Shown: positions 46,417-58,006, counted from the stretch's first letter. The stretch is 64,000 nt of DNA from Candidatus Eutrophovita brisbanensis (GCA_038147395.1 JAYQTM010000001.1:513437-577436); one strand, 5' to 3'. The notes: generated by a model from the sequence alone, not told the origin. A program made the numbers and translations.

Positions 46417-47330
46417 CAACCGCATTTAATTCAAGTCGTGTTGGTGTGTTGTTCGGCGGGCTCTCCTCCGAGAGAGAGGTATCACTTCGTTCTGGTGTGG
46501 CGGTTTACGAAGCTCTAGAGCGTCAAGGGGTACATGCCCGGTTGGTCGATACCGGCACAGAGAATTGGCACGAACAAATTACTGACATTGACAGAGCAAT
46601 CGTCATGCTGCATGGACGAGGTGGAGAGGATGGTTCGATACAAGGCTATCTCGATACCATAGGGATGCCATACACCGGCAGTGGTGTCGCAGCATGTGCG
46701 CTAGCAATGGATAAGATCAGATCAAAAATTGTTTTTGAGCATAGCGGCGTTCCGACGCCCAGTTTTTGTGTTGTGCGATCCGTCGATGACCTCTCGGATT
46801 TTATGGTCGGTGAAGATTATCCGGTCATTATTAAGCCCTCCAGAGAGGGCTCAACCATTGGGATTACGAAAGTTTGCTCCGCGGATGAACTCGAGACAGC
46901 TTTCGAGCACGCGTTGAAGTATGACAGCGATGTTTTAGTTGAACATTTCGTTGAGGGTGACGAGTTGACTGTCGCTATTCTCGATGGAATTGCTTTGCCA
47001 GTGGTTCGGATAGTTGCGCCCAATAATAACTATGACTACGAAGCGAAATATCACTCCAGTGATACGAAGTATTTTTGTCCCTCTGGACTCGAAGAGAGTG
47101 TTGACGTCAAAGTGCAAGAAATGGCAATGAGAGCTTTTCGAAGTCTTGAATGCAGTGGTTGGGGCAGGGTCGATATTCTGTTAGATAAAAATCATCAGCC
47201 TTGGGTTCTTGAGGTTAACACCGTGCCGGGAATGACAGACCACAGTCTCGTACCTCTCGCCGCGAGAGCGGCAGGGTTATCGTTTGATGAACTTGTACTA
47301 AAGATATTGTTAACTACAGATGTGGCATAA
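46413..47330 (+). CDS. ddl: D-alanine--D-alanine ligase
   Basis: 305 aa with an ATP-grasp fold (GGLSSEREVSL, EGSTIGI, LEVNTVPGMT). Confidence 0.95.
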   Translation: MTTAFNSSRVGVLFGGLSSEREVSLRSGVAVYEALERQGVHARLVDTGTENWHEQITDIDRAIVMLHGRGGEDGSIQGYLDTIGMPYTGSGVAACALAMDKIRSKIVFEHSGVPTPSFCVVRSVDDLSDFMVGEDYPVIIKPSREGSTIGITKVCSADELETAFEHALKYDSDVLVEHFVEGDELTVAILDGIALPVVRIVAPNNNYDYEAKYHSSDTKYFCPSGLEESVDVKVQEMAMRAFRSLECSGWGRVDILLDKNHQPWVLEVNTVPGMTDHSLVPLAARAAGLSFDELVLKILLTTDVA

Positions 47331-48018
47331 CTACCGTCTTTTAAACAAGATATGCGCGCTGCTATGGCTAGGATCGACAACGTATCTCCTATTATCAGGG
47401 GCAGTGTTTTTGATGAACACTGATTACTTCGACGTTGATGTCATCAATGTGCGCGGAGACGTTCAGCATCTAGAAGCAGACGGCTTAAGATCTACCATAG
47501 TCAAGAACTTTAAAGGTGGATTCTTGAACTTGAATTTGAATGCGGCCAAGGGCGCATTAGAGGAAATTCCGAGGATTGAATCGGTCGAGATAACACGAGA
47601 TTGGCCTAGGTCGCTTACAGTTTATGTCAAGGAAAGAAAAGAGATTGCGCGCTGGGAGCGTGGTGGGTTGTTGGATTCTGGCGGGGTCCTTTTTGAAGTT
47701 CCCTCAAGTAAGGTTCTGCCCATGTTGTCCGGTCCTCCTAACTCGCATGAAACAGTGGTTCGTGAATATCTGAAGCTTGACCGTCTGTTGCAGGGTTCTG
47801 GCCTTAGTCTGGAGTACTTGGGTCTAAGCGACGAGCGCTCTTGGTTAGCTCGTCTGAGAGGTGGGCCGACACTCGCGCTTGGAAAAGAAAATCTAGAGCC
47901 TCGTTTCCTCCGGTTTATGAGGTTTTTGCCAGAGGTGGAGAAATCCCTGGGAAGAAAAGTTGACTACATTGATTTGCGTTACGCGAACGGTTTTTCTGTA
48001 AGCTCTACAGTTTATTAA
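47320..48018 (+). CDS. ftsQ: cell division protein FtsQ
   Basis: 232 aa with an N-terminal TM helix and a POTRA-like region, located between ddl and ftsA. Confidence 0.85.
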   Translation: MWHNYRLLNKICALLWLGSTTYLLLSGAVFLMNTDYFDVDVINVRGDVQHLEADGLRSTIVKNFKGGFLNLNLNAAKGALEEIPRIESVEITRDWPRSLTVYVKERKEIARWERGGLLDSGGVLFEVPSSKVLPMLSGPPNSHETVVREYLKLDRLLQGSGLSLEYLGLSDERSWLARLRGGPTLALGKENLEPRFLRFMRFLPEVEKSLGRKVDYIDLRYANGFSVSSTVY

Positions 48019-48043
48019 TCCCCTAGTCTGAGTTGATTGTGAT

Positions 48044-49306
48044 ATGGAATGGGCGAAAAACAATACGAAGAATAAGGTCAGAGAGAACTCCAATGTCATA
48101 GTTGCGCTCGATATTGGGACTTCAAAAATCGCAGCGGTTGTCGCATTGGTGACTGACGATGGGGGATACGAGGTAATCGGTTTGGGCAGTGCGTCCTCCA
48201 GAGGAATGAAAAAGGGCGTTGTAGTCAATATTGAATCCACGGTTAGTGCGATTCAGCGGGCTCTGGAGGAAGCAGAGCTCATGGCAGACTTCAAAATCAA
48301 GCAGGTGTGGACCGGTATTGCCGGAAGCCATATTAAAAGTTTCAATTCTCACGGTATGGTGGCGGTCAAGGACCATGAGGTCACGCAAGCTGACATTGAT
48401 CGCGTCGTTGAGACCGCTAGAGCGATTCCGATTGCATCTGATCAACAAATCCTTCACGTCTTAAATCAAGAGTTTGCAATCGACGGGCAAGAGGACGTTC
48501 GAGAGCCGCTCGCGATGTCGGGGTTGCGGTTAGAGGTCAAGGTGCACATTGTCACTGGCGCTGTTTCTGCTGCGCAGAACATATTGAAGTGTGTTCGACG
48601 TTGTGGACTTGAGGTCTCTGACCTTGTTCTGCAACCCCTAGCGTCTGCGCGAGCGGTTCTATCAGACGATGAAAAGGATCTCGGAGTGTGCCTTATAGAC
48701 ATTGGCGGCGGAACGAGTGACATCGCGATTTTTACTCAGGGGGCAATAAGACACACCGCGGTATTACCGATTGCAGGAGATCAAATAACAAACGATATTG
48801 CAATGGCATTCCGAACACCAACTAAGGATGCGGAAGATATTAAGAGACGCTTTGGGTGCGCGCACCGAAGCTTGGCAGATTCTAATGAGGTAGTCGAAGT
48901 TCCTAGCGTTGGAGATCGCCCGACCAGGAAGTTATCTAGACAGATGTTATCCGAGGTGATTGAGCCCAGGGTGGAGGAATTGTATTCGTTGGTGCTCGCT
49001 GAAATTCGTCGTAGCGGTTTTGAGGAGCTCTTGTCTTCGGGTGTGGTCATTACGGGTGGTAGTAGCGCGATGGAGGGTATGGTCGAACTTGGGGAGGAAG
49101 TATTACACATGCCGGTGCGTTTAGGCACGCCGGCGTATACGGGGTCATTGTCGGAAGTGTTGCGGAACCCAAGATATTCAACATCAGCAGGCCTTCTTGA
49201 GACTGGGGTCTCCCAGCTTGAGAAAGAGAAGGTCGACAAAATTAAAAATGGATCTGTGAAAGAGGTGGCATCAAAAATGAAGCGATGGTTCCAAAAAAAT
49301 TTCTAA
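48044..49306 (+). CDS. ftsA: cell division protein FtsA
   Basis: 420 aa with an actin-like fold (VALDIGTSKI, IDIGGGTSD) and a C-terminal amphipathic helix. Confidence 0.95.
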   Translation: MEWAKNNTKNKVRENSNVIVALDIGTSKIAAVVALVTDDGGYEVIGLGSASSRGMKKGVVVNIESTVSAIQRALEEAELMADFKIKQVWTGIAGSHIKSFNSHGMVAVKDHEVTQADIDRVVETARAIPIASDQQILHVLNQEFAIDGQEDVREPLAMSGLRLEVKVHIVTGAVSAAQNILKCVRRCGLEVSDLVLQPLASARAVLSDDEKDLGVCLIDIGGGTSDIAIFTQGAIRHTAVLPIAGDQITNDIAMAFRTPTKDAEDIKRRFGCAHRSLADSNEVVEVPSVGDRPTRKLSRQMLSEVIEPRVEELYSLVLAEIRRSGFEELLSSGVVITGGSSAMEGMVELGEEVLHMPVRLGTPAYTGSLSEVLRNPRYSTSAGLLETGVSQLEKEKVDKIKNGSVKEVASKMKRWFQKNF

Positions 49307-49372
49307 GAGATCAATGTAGTAACGGTCAGTCTAAGTTGTTATCATGTGCAACAAAAGCGAGGGCAAGTTGAT

Positions 49373-50521
49373 ATGTTCGAAATCGTAGACGCAAAGTCGC
49401 AAGAGGCCGTAATCAAGGTGATTGGTGTTGGTGGTTGTGGTGGAAATGCGGTCGATCACATGATTGAAAAAGGTGTGGAAGGTGTTGAGTTCATCTGTGC
49501 AAATACCGATGCTCAAGCCCTTGCCAAGAACAAAGCGGATCGAATCGTGCAACTTGGTGTAGGAATCACCAAAGGATTGGGGGCTGGCGCTGACCCAAGT
49601 GTTGGGAAACAATCTGCGATCGAGGATAGAGAAACGATAGCGGACTTGATTGACGGAGCCGATATGGTGTTTCTCACGGCAGGCATGGGAGGCGGAACTG
49701 GAACCGGAGCGGCACCCGTATTTGCTGAAGTTGCGAAAGAACTTGGCGTTCTGACTGTTGCGGTGGTGACCAAACCCTTTCTTTTTGAAGGCAAGCGTCA
49801 ATCTGTAGCGGCAGAGGGGCTTGAGGCCCTAACTCAAAATGTGGACTCGTTAATTGTGATCCCAAATGAGAAGTTAATGGATGTGTTGGGTGATGACGTG
49901 TCGATGTTGGATGCATTTAAGGCGGCCAACGACGTTTTATTGGGCGCTGTATCTGGAATTGCTGAGGTCATAAAATGTCCGGGATTGGTCAATGTAGACT
50001 TTGCTGATGTGCGGACCGTGATGTCAGAGATGGGTATGGCAATGATGGGGTCTAATGTAGCTAGCGGTGAGGATAGGGCGAGAAAGGCGGCTGAGGGCGC
50101 TGTCGCGAGTCCTCTACTAGAAGGAGTTGATTTGCACGGCGCTCGAGGCGTCCTTGTCAACATAACCTCCGGACTCAACCTTAAGATGAAAGAAGTGCAT
50201 GAGGTCATGGAAACAATACGGAATTTCACCGCAGAGGACGCCACTGTTATCGTCGGAACGGTGATAGACGAGGGATTAGAGGATCAGGTTCGAGTTACCA
50301 TCGTGGCGACGGGCATAGGATCAAACGTAAGGAGGTCCACACAACCGTTGTCGGTCTTGCGTACAGGAACTGATGACGCTGTTTCTGAGGTAGCGAGCGA
50401 TAGTGAAAATGTGCCAGCGGTTATTAGGCGCAGGGGCCGACAGGGCACCTTAGATGCGTTGAAGCGTGATGGTGTCGAGGATCTAGACATTCCAGCGTTT
50501 CTTAGGCGGCAAGCTGATTAG
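49373..50521 (+). CDS. ftsZ: cell division GTPase FtsZ
   Basis: The start is set at MFE. It has the tubulin signature [10 protein letters not shown] and the C-terminal peptide [11 protein letters not shown]. Confidence 0.97.
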   Translation: MFEIVDAKSQEAVIKVIGVGGCGGNAVDHMIEKGVEGVEFICANTDAQALAKNKADRIVQLGVGITKGLGAGADPSVGKQSAIEDRETIADLIDGADMVFLTAGMGGGTGTGAAPVFAEVAKELGVLTVAVVTKPFLFEGKRQSVAAEGLEALTQNVDSLIVIPNEKLMDVLGDDVSMLDAFKAANDVLLGAVSGIAEVIKCPGLVNVDFADVRTVMSEMGMAMMGSNVASGEDRARKAAEGAVASPLLEGVDLHGARGVLVNITSGLNLKMKEVHEVMETIRNFTAEDATVIVGTVIDEGLEDQVRVTIVATGIGSNVRRSTQPLSVLRTGTDDAVSEVASDSENVPAVIRRRGRQGTLDALKRDGVEDLDIPAFLRRQAD

Positions 50522-50598
50522 ACGAGAATGAAATTCCTCTATCCTTGGCCGGCAGCAGATTATGTGAAATAATCACGGAACATATAAAGCTTCGTCAC

Positions 50599-51510
50599 AT
50601 GATCAGGCAACGAACATTAAAAAATCTCGTCAAAGCAACAGGGGTCGGCCTCCACACGGGAAAAAAGGTTTCGCTTACGTTGCGGCCAGCAGCTCCTAAT
50701 ACGGGAATCGTTTTTAGGCGCGTTGACTTGAACCCCATTGTTTCGATTGAGGCAAACCCCTTTTCGGTTGTTGATACAAGATTGTCGTCCTGCCTAGAAA
50801 AGGACGGGGTCAAAGTGCAGACGGTCGAGCATCTTATGTCCGCGCTATGTGGACTGGGAATTGATAATGCGTTTATTGATCTCACTTCACCCGAGGTCCC
50901 GATTATGGACGGCTCGTCCTCGCCCTTTGTCTTCCTTATCCAGTCTGCAGGCGTAGAGGAACAATCCTCATTTAAGAAATTTATCAAAGTAAAGCAGTCT
51001 GTCAGAGTTGAATCTGGTGATAAGTGGGTTGAATTTAAGCCTTATGATGGTTTTAAGATCGACTTCGCTATTGATTTTCATCATCCAGCATTTGCTGAAA
51101 AAAACCTCTCTGTTGAGTTGGACTTTAAAACTGTGTCGTACACTAAAGAGGTGAGCCGGGCGCGCACTTTTGGGTTTATGCAGGATGTGGAAATGCTAAG
51201 GTCTCAGGGATTGGCACTAGGAGGCAGCTTTGATAATGCGATCGTCATGGATGAATATCGTATTTTGAATTCTGGCGGTTTGCGTTACGAGAATGAATTC
51301 GTGAAACATAAGGCGCTTGATGCCATCGGTGATCTTTACCTGCTTGGACGCCCTCTTATTGGGGCCTTCTCCGCTTACAAATCCGGGCACGAGCTGAATA
51401 ATTTGCTACTCAGAAAACTAATAGAGACTGAGAGCGCATGGGAGCAAATCGAGTTTTCAAAGACCTCTAGTGTTGATGGAGTCGTCTTTTCAAGCCTTCA
51501 AATTGCCTGA
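50599..51510 (+). CDS. lpxC: UDP-3-O-acyl-N-acetylglucosamine deacetylase
   Basis: The start is set at MIRQRTLK, which aligns with E. coli MIKQRTLK. It is colinear throughout ([28 protein letters not shown]). Confidence 0.95.
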   Translation: MIRQRTLKNLVKATGVGLHTGKKVSLTLRPAAPNTGIVFRRVDLNPIVSIEANPFSVVDTRLSSCLEKDGVKVQTVEHLMSALCGLGIDNAFIDLTSPEVPIMDGSSSPFVFLIQSAGVEEQSSFKKFIKVKQSVRVESGDKWVEFKPYDGFKIDFAIDFHHPAFAEKNLSVELDFKTVSYTKEVSRARTFGFMQDVEMLRSQGLALGGSFDNAIVMDEYRILNSGGLRYENEFVKHKALDAIGDLYLLGRPLIGAFSAYKSGHELNNLLLRKLIETESAWEQIEFSKTSSVDGVVFSSLQIA

Positions 51511-51590
51511 GTTAATTGCAGACTCCTGACTCTTTTGGTCGGTGAGAGATCGATCACAGTCTAAGATCTACAGTTGACCGACCAGCCTTA

Positions 51591-51965
51591 TCAGTAGCGA
51601 AGTATTTTTTTCATATCACCAATCGCGTTTCGAGCGGCGGTGGAAAGCTTTTTTGTTTGGCCCCCTCGCACGCTAGTCGAAGGTGGTAATGGTTTGACCT
51701 TGATTGTAATTTTTCTTGTTGTTCTAGTTTGTAGCAGTTGCTGATATCGTGGAATCATTTGTCTTAGCCGTGCTGCGGCCGTGCCATTATTAGTGTAGAT
51801 CGTTGCAGTAGCGCCTGACGTGGATGTATGGGCAATCAGGCGCCTGATGTTATTTGGGATGTGCTCCATCAGGTCCTTCTCGAGCTTCTGTTCCTCGCTT
51901 ATTCTTCCCTGAAGAATCTTTAGAACTGGCGAAGTTGAGATGATTTTTGATATGTGGGTCGTCAA
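51591..51965 (-). CDS. DUF721-like protein (DciA-family candidate)
   Basis: 124 aa in the lpxC-secA gap, where DUF721 genes sit in Pseudomonas-like genomes. The pattern (IAHTSTSGATATIYTNNGTAAARLRQ) fits the DUF721 core loosely. Confidence 0.55.
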   Translation of the reverse strand: MTTHISKIISTSPVLKILQGRISEEQKLEKDLMEHIPNNIRRLIAHTSTSGATATIYTNNGTAAARLRQMIPRYQQLLQTRTTRKITIKVKPLPPSTSVRGGQTKKLSTAARNAIGDMKKILRY

Positions 51966-52098
51966 TGTTTCTGTTAATCGTTATTGTCGTTTTTCGCGGC
52001 CGTGTTGGGCGTTCTCAAGGCTTAGAGTGTAACCTCATCAGTAGTTCGCTCATGGTAGACTAATTGATTAATTAAAACAGTCCCACAAAGTTCAGATA

Positions 52099-54756
52099 AT
52101 GTTCTCCAAAATGTTAAAAGGTGTTTTTGGAAGCCGGAATGATCGGCTCCTAAAATCCTACGCAAAATCAGTTGCAGCGATCAATGCTCTGGAGGAGGGA
52201 TTGAAAAGCCTTCCCGACATAGATTTAAAAAATAAAACTTCCGAACTCCGAGGGCGAATCTCGGAAGGTGAATCGCTTGACGACATATTGGTAGAGTCCT
52301 TTGCAGTAGTTCGAGAGGCCAGTAGGCGCGTTCTGGGTATGCGTCACTTTGATGCGCAACTTCTCGGGGGAATCGCGCTACATTCTGGAAAAATTTCGGA
52401 GATGCGCACTGGAGAGGGAAAAACGCTCGTTGCTACTTTGCCGGCGTATCTCAATGCGCTGTCAGGAAAGTCCGTCCATGTAGTCACCGTTAACGATTAT
52501 TTGGCGAAGCGCGATGCCGATTGGATGGGAGCGGTTTACGAGTTTTTGGGTTTGAGTGTCGGCGTTAACCTCTCTGGTCAGGATCACGAGACAAAGCACA
52601 AGGCCTACGCGGCGGATATTACTTACGGTACGAACAATGAATTTGGCTTTGATTACCTTCGAGACAACATGGTATTCCAAACGCAGGATAAGGTGCAAAG
52701 AGACTTATCCTTCGCGATTGTTGATGAAGTCGACTCCATATTAATAGATGAGGCGAGAACACCACTGATCATCTCTGGGCAAGCTGACGACAATACTGAC
52801 CTCTACACGAAAATCAATAAGATCGCTCCTCAGTTGAGTATATCGAAAACGGAGGGAGATGAGGGTGATTTCACCGTTGACGAAAAGGCGCATCAGGTTA
52901 TTTTGACCGAGGGCGGGTATGAGCGAGCCGAGGAATTGCTCTCCCGAGCTGGGTTGTTGCAATCTGGAGAGGGGCTATATGACCCGTCTAATATCTCGCT
53001 AATTCACCACCTCTATGCAGCCCTCAGGGCACATCATCTCTTCTTCCGCGATCAACATTACGTTGTGCAAAACAATGAAATTATTATTGTTGACGAATTT
53101 ACTGGTCGATTAATGTCTGGCAGGCGATGGTCTGATGGACTGCACCAGGCAGTGGAAGCGAAAGAAAATGTGGTAATTCAGAAAGAGAACCAAACGCTAG
53201 CCTCAATAACATTCCAAAATTATTTTCGAATGTACGACAAGTTGTCTGGCATGACTGGAACCGCAGATACTGAGGCATATGAGTTCCAGCAAATTTATGG
53301 TTTGGAGACCGTTATTATTCCAACCCATAAGCCGATGGTCCGAGATGATCGTATGGATCAGGTTTATAAAACTAGCAAGGAGCGCTATGACGCCGTGTTA
53401 GCAGACATCAAAGAATGTTATCAAAAGGGACAACCGGTACTGGTAGGAACTACTTCGATCGAAAATTCCGAACTCATTTCAAAATTGTTAGATAAGGAAA
53501 AACTACCCCACCAAGTATTGAATGCGAAGCAGCATGAGCGAGAAGCGGAGATCGTAGCCCAAGCGGGCCGTTCTAAGATGATCACCATCGCGACGAACAT
53601 GGCGGGTCGTGGCACGGATATTGTGTTGGGTGGTAGCAAAACAGAGGGAGAAGATTCTGCCATATGGCTACAACGACAAGAGGAGGTTTTGGCGGCTGGA
53701 GGATTGCACATCATTGGCACTGAGCGCCATGAGTCTCGAAGGATAGACAATCAACTCCGGGGACGATCAGGCCGGCAGGGAGATCCCGGCTCGTCGAGAT
53801 TTTATTTGTCGCTAGAGGATCCGTTGTTACGGATTTTCGCGTCCGATCGAGTTTCAGCAATTATGGATCGTTTGAAGCTGCCGGAGGGAGAAGCGATTGA
53901 GCATTCTTGGGTGACGCGGGCAATTGAAAACGCGCAGAGGAAAGTTGAAGGCCGTAATTTCGACATCAGGAAACAACTTTTAGAGTTTGACGATGTTGCC
54001 AATGATCAGAGGGGAGTCATCTATGAGCAAAGAAACGACATCCTTGATTCAACCGATGTTTCGCACGCTGTCACGACGATGAGAGAAGAGGCACTAAGCG
54101 ATGTGATATCGACTTTCGTGCCGCAGGATAGTCTGGAAGAGCAATGGGATATTGCTGGTTTAGAGGCTTCTTTAAAGTCGGACTACACACTAGAATTGCC
54201 CATCAAATCGTGGATCGAGAGCTTGGATGAGGTTGAGTCAGAAGCCGTAGTGTCGAAAGTCATCAGCGAGGCAGGAGAGTTCTATAGATCTAAAATGAGC
54301 GACGCGCCAGAGGAGGCGGTGCATCAGTATGAGAGATCTGTCATGTTGCAGAGTATTGATTCTCACTGGCGGGAGCATTTAGCGGCCTTAGATCACTTAA
54401 GGCAGGGCATTCATCTTAGAGGTTATGCCCAAAAAAACCCCAAACAAGAGTACAAGCGAGAGGCGTTTGAACTATTTTCACTCTTGCTGCAAACCGTCAG
54501 AAATGAAGTCACAAAGATTCTGATGAGTGTTCGAATTAGAAGTGCTGATCAAGTTGAAAAGGTGTCACAACAGTCCGGTGCTGTCAGTAACGTGTCCTAC
54601 AATCACTCCGCCGATAGTGCTACGGGCGGGCAGCAGGGGCCTGTTGGTTCTCCAGGAACCCCGATTATGAGATCTCAGCAAAAAGTTGGGCGCAACGAGC
54701 CATGTCCGTGTGGTTCAGGTAAAAAATTCAAACATTGTCATGGAAGACTTGTTTGA
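52099..54756 (+). CDS. secA: preprotein translocase ATPase SecA
   Basis: 885 aa with the N-terminus [13 protein letters not shown], a DEAD-like motor ([28 protein letters not shown]) and a C-terminal zinc finger [14 protein letters not shown]. Confidence 0.98.
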   Translation: MFSKMLKGVFGSRNDRLLKSYAKSVAAINALEEGLKSLPDIDLKNKTSELRGRISEGESLDDILVESFAVVREASRRVLGMRHFDAQLLGGIALHSGKISEMRTGEGKTLVATLPAYLNALSGKSVHVVTVNDYLAKRDADWMGAVYEFLGLSVGVNLSGQDHETKHKAYAADITYGTNNEFGFDYLRDNMVFQTQDKVQRDLSFAIVDEVDSILIDEARTPLIISGQADDNTDLYTKINKIAPQLSISKTEGDEGDFTVDEKAHQVILTEGGYERAEELLSRAGLLQSGEGLYDPSNISLIHHLYAALRAHHLFFRDQHYVVQNNEIIIVDEFTGRLMSGRRWSDGLHQAVEAKENVVIQKENQTLASITFQNYFRMYDKLSGMTGTADTEAYEFQQIYGLETVIIPTHKPMVRDDRMDQVYKTSKERYDAVLADIKECYQKGQPVLVGTTSIENSELISKLLDKEKLPHQVLNAKQHEREAEIVAQAGRSKMITIATNMAGRGTDIVLGGSKTEGEDSAIWLQRQEEVLAAGGLHIIGTERHESRRIDNQLRGRSGRQGDPGSSRFYLSLEDPLLRIFASDRVSAIMDRLKLPEGEAIEHSWVTRAIENAQRKVEGRNFDIRKQLLEFDDVANDQRGVIYEQRNDILDSTDVSHAVTTMREEALSDVISTFVPQDSLEEQWDIAGLEASLKSDYTLELPIKSWIESLDEVESEAVVSKVISEAGEFYRSKMSDAPEEAVHQYERSVMLQSIDSHWREHLAALDHLRQGIHLRGYAQKNPKQEYKREAFELFSLLLQTVRNEVTKILMSVRIRSADQVEKVSQQSGAVSNVSYNHSADSATGGQQGPVGSPGTPIMRSQQKVGRNEPCPCGSGKKFKHCHGRLV

Positions 54757-54758
54757 AC

Positions 54759-55988
54759 ATGAAAATGCGCGATTCGGTTGAGGATATCGGTACAAGCTTT
54801 CCGATAGACGGAGTCTCGTTTGGGGCGATTGCCTCTGGGATCAAAAAAACAAACAGGAAAGACCTTTTACTGATTGCCCTAAAAGAGGGGTGTGTCCTTG
54901 CGGGAGTATTTACATTAAACAAGTTTTGTGCAGCTCCAGTTCAGATCTGCCGAGCGAGGCTCAAGGACGGCGCTAGTATAGGCGCGTTAATTATCAATAC
55001 GGGAATTGCGAATGCAGGTACGGGCGCGGAAGGCTTGGCAACAGCACAACTTATCACTGATGAGGTTGCCCGGCTTCTAAATATTCCCAGAGAAAGCGTA
55101 TTACCGTTCTCGACCGGAGTCATCATGGAGCAACTTCCAGCTGAGAGAATACTCAGGGCGCTTCCGACCTGCGTGGATAGGCTGGGGACAGATGATTGGG
55201 CTGATGCCGCAAAAACAATTTTAACGACAGACCTGGTGTACAAGCTAGCGTCAAAAAAATTTCAAATTCAAAATTTTTTCGGGCATGTGACAGGAATTGC
55301 AAAGGGCTCGGGCATGATCAAGCCCAATATGGCAACGATGCTAGCTTTTGTTGCAACTGATATAGGAGTTGAAGAAAGCCTCGCGAAAAAAATCGCTAAA
55401 TATGCAGCAGATAGATCGTTTAACTGTATCTCGGTCGATGGTGACACATCCACAAATGATAGTTTTGTTTTTATTGCGACTGGTAGGGCTGCTTATCCGA
55501 AAATAACCGATGAATCTTCAGAGGCTTACAAGACTTTACGAAACAATGTCACCGATGTGTGTCAGGTCCTCGCGAAGAAGATCGTGATGGATGGTGAAGG
55601 TGCAACGAAGTTTATCGAAATTCGAGTGAATGGTGCCCGTGATCGGTCGGATGCGAGGAAAGTTGCCTTTTCGGTCGCCAATTCGCCTCTTGTTAAAACA
55701 GCCTTCTTTGCCAGTGATCCAAATTTAGGTCGAATCATGTCTGCTATCGGGGCAGCGGATGTGGCAGATCTAAATGTGTTGAATGTCTCATTATTTATTG
55801 GAGACGTTATTGTTGCTAAGGATGGCGCCCCTGCACCGTCTTACGCAGAGGATCAAGTCAAACCCATCATGTCGGGGAAAGAAATCACGGTAACGATCGA
55901 GTTAGGGATGGGCAGCGAAGAGGCGAGAGTATGGACTTGTGATTTGTCTTACGATTACGTCAAGATTAACGCAGAGTATCGGAGTTGA
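54759..55988 (+). CDS. argJ: bifunctional glutamate N-acetyltransferase / amino-acid acetyltransferase ArgJ
   Basis: It has the autoproteolytic site region ATMLAFVATD and the C-terminus CDLSYDYVKINAEYRS. The start is set at ATG 54759, just after the secA stop. Confidence 0.93.
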   Translation: MKMRDSVEDIGTSFPIDGVSFGAIASGIKKTNRKDLLLIALKEGCVLAGVFTLNKFCAAPVQICRARLKDGASIGALIINTGIANAGTGAEGLATAQLITDEVARLLNIPRESVLPFSTGVIMEQLPAERILRALPTCVDRLGTDDWADAAKTILTTDLVYKLASKKFQIQNFFGHVTGIAKGSGMIKPNMATMLAFVATDIGVEESLAKKIAKYAADRSFNCISVDGDTSTNDSFVFIATGRAAYPKITDESSEAYKTLRNNVTDVCQVLAKKIVMDGEGATKFIEIRVNGARDRSDARKVAFSVANSPLVKTAFFASDPNLGRIMSAIGAADVADLNVLNVSLFIGDVIVAKDGAPAPSYAEDQVKPIMSGKEITVTIELGMGSEEARVWTCDLSYDYVKINAEYRS

Positions 55989-56878
55989 TGGTGTCAGATC
56001 TCAATTTGCTGATGTCTAGGTTGGAGAAGATGCTTGATCGAGTGGAGCGATTGTTGCCGTCGGGTCAGGAGCCCATTGAATGGAAACGGGCGCTTGCTTG
56101 CCGGTGGCGCCGTCAAGGGCATTCCGGTTATTTGCAGGAAGTCTCGATTCCGCATCGAATTAGCTTGAGAGATCTGTACGCTATCGATGATCAAAAGAAG
56201 TTGTTGGACCTTAACACTCGGCAGTTTCTATTTCGGTACCCCTACAACAATATACTTCTGACAGGTTCCAAAGGCACTGGTAAGTCATCTCTGATTAAGG
56301 CCCTCCTCAATAAATATTCAAAAAACGGTCTTAGATTAATCGAGGTCGACAAATCTGACCTGCACCAGCTTCCGGAGATTATCGAAACCATCTCCAATGA
56401 ACAATATCGATTTATGATTTTTTGTGATGATCTTTCGTTTGGTTCTGATGACGATGCGTACAAGTCGTTAAAAGTCGCGTTGGATGGTTCTGTGGCTGGT
56501 TCATCGGAAAACGTAATGATTTGTGCGACCTCTAACCGACGTCATTTGATGCCTGAATACATGACGGATAATTTGGAAACCAAGTACCGAGGAGAGGAAA
56601 TTCATGCAAGCGAGAACGTCGAAGAGAAGATTTCGCTGTCTGAAAGATTTGGTCTTTGGATCCACTTTGATGGTTTTACCCAAGATGAGTATTTGAAGAT
56701 CGTGACGTATTGGGTGAAAAAGCTATCTTCCGGATCTATCAAGCCGACTGATGATGTGATTCGGCGCTCCTTGCAGTGGTCATTAGAGCGTGGTTCGCGA
56801 AGCGGTCGTATTGCTTACCAATTCGCAAGAAACGAAGTTGGCTCGGAATTGATAAGACAGAAAAAACAGATTCGTTAA
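55985..56878 (+). CDS. P-loop ATPase, DUF815/AAA-like
   Basis: 297 aa with Walker A (LLTGSKGTGKSS) and Walker B-like (FMIFCDDLSF) motifs. The start is TTG 55985 or ATG 55988, overlapping the argJ stop. Confidence 0.75.
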   Translation: MMVSDLNLLMSRLEKMLDRVERLLPSGQEPIEWKRALACRWRRQGHSGYLQEVSIPHRISLRDLYAIDDQKKLLDLNTRQFLFRYPYNNILLTGSKGTGKSSLIKALLNKYSKNGLRLIEVDKSDLHQLPEIIETISNEQYRFMIFCDDLSFGSDDDAYKSLKVALDGSVAGSSENVMICATSNRRHLMPEYMTDNLETKYRGEEIHASENVEEKISLSERFGLWIHFDGFTQDEYLKIVTYWVKKLSSGSIKPTDDVIRRSLQWSLERGSRSGRIAYQFARNEVGSELIRQKKQIR

Positions 56879-56890
56879 GTTCGTTGTAGC

Positions 56891-57820
56891 ATGATTAAAG
56901 TCGTAGCGGCTGTACTGGTCAATTCCAATTCAGAGGTGCTTTTGGCTCAGAGGCCAGAAGGTAAAGTTTTCTCTGGTTTTTGGGAATTTCCAGGTGGCAA
57001 AATTGAATCCGGTGAATCGCCTCGTGACGCTCTTTCGAGAGAGCTGTCAGAGGAAATTGGAATAAAGATAGAGAATCCACGAGAGTGGATTTCACGAACT
57101 CATCAATATCCTCATGGTACGGTGAATATTCAGTTCTTTCGAGTAACCGATTGGAGCGGAGTCCCTCGAGGTCGTGAAGGACAGGCTTTGAGTTGGGAGT
57201 TGCCTCAAAAAATTGGTGTTGAGCCGCTTCTTGGACCAAATGTTTGCATTCTTCAAGCGCTCACATTAAAGGACGAGTATCTAATTACCCACGCCACTGA
57301 GTTTGGCGTATCAAATTTTCTTGAGCAACTCCAGAGAGTGACGTCATCGGGTAATCGTCTCATTCAAATTAGGGAAAAAGGTTTGGTAGGGTCGAAGCTA
57401 AAGGAATTTTGTGAACAAGCGGTCTCTATCATTCGCGAACGAGAGGATAATATTGTTTTGGTTAATGACGACGTGGCCCTTGCTCGTTCGGTTCGCGCAG
57501 ATGGAGTCCACTTTACTTCCAATTCATTGCGCTGTCTCGGCAAAAGACCAGACATAGGTTGGTGTGCGGCCTCGTGTCATAACATTGACGACTTGGAAAA
57601 AGCAAGCTCATTGGGATTGGATTTTGCGGTGTTGAGCCCAGTTAAAACGACTCCATCACATCCTGATGCGAATCCACTCGGTTGGGATCAATTTTCCCAC
57701 ATGGCGAATCACTCGAATATTCCCGTTTACGCCCTTGGGGGCATGGTTCCAAGTGACCTTTCAGATGCATGGAAATCTGGAGCTGCCGGTGTGTCGCTGA
57801 TGAGGTCAGCTTGGAACTGA
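56891..57820 (+). CDS. fusion protein: N-terminal MutT-type Nudix hydrolase and C-terminal thiamine-phosphate-synthase-like (ThiE/TenI fold) domain
   Basis: The Nudix box is [24 protein letters not shown]. The C-terminal half has [21 protein letters not shown] and PVYALGGM, which are typical of the ThiE/TenI TIM barrel. Confidence 0.85.
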   Translation: MIKVVAAVLVNSNSEVLLAQRPEGKVFSGFWEFPGGKIESGESPRDALSRELSEEIGIKIENPREWISRTHQYPHGTVNIQFFRVTDWSGVPRGREGQALSWELPQKIGVEPLLGPNVCILQALTLKDEYLITHATEFGVSNFLEQLQRVTSSGNRLIQIREKGLVGSKLKEFCEQAVSIIREREDNIVLVNDDVALARSVRADGVHFTSNSLRCLGKRPDIGWCAASCHNIDDLEKASSLGLDFAVLSPVKTTPSHPDANPLGWDQFSHMANHSNIPVYALGGMVPSDLSDAWKSGAAGVSLMRSAWN

Positions 57821-58006
57821 CCCGTCTGGGTCGTCGATAAAAGATTCATCTTCCTCGATGGCGTACCTATCGGTTGCCCAGTTTCCTGTGTCTACTAATT
57901 TGCATCGCTCGGAACAAAAAGGACGAAATTTCGAGGTTGGCTGCCACGTTACAGAATTTCCACATGTGGGACAAATGACTATGGTTTTGGGCATGGTTTT
58001 TGTCAA
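57806..58006 (-). CDS. yacG: DNA gyrase inhibitor YacG (zinc finger)
   Basis: CPTCG...[18 protein letters not shown] matches the YacG zinc ribbon. The start is TTG 58006 (TTGA overlap with coaE) or ATG 57994. Confidence 0.85.
   Translation of the reverse strand: MTKTMPKTIVICPTCGNSVTWQPTSKFRPFCSERCKLVDTGNWATDRYAIEEDESFIDDPDGSVPS

Noticed and set aside
48781-50244. Long antisense ORFs inside ftsA and ftsZ (48781-49239, 49331-49801, 49834-50244; 136-156 aa).
   Set aside because: They are shadow ORFs opposite strongly conserved genes. They have low-complexity Ser/Pro/Thr/Arg-rich translations and no RBS. The same applies to 11235-11645, 4861-5346 and 2907-3197.
51511-51590. GGTCGGT...ACCGACC inverted repeat after lpxC as an intrinsic terminator.
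   Set aside because: It has a 7-bp stem with a roughly 33-nt loop and no following T-tract, which is not convincing.
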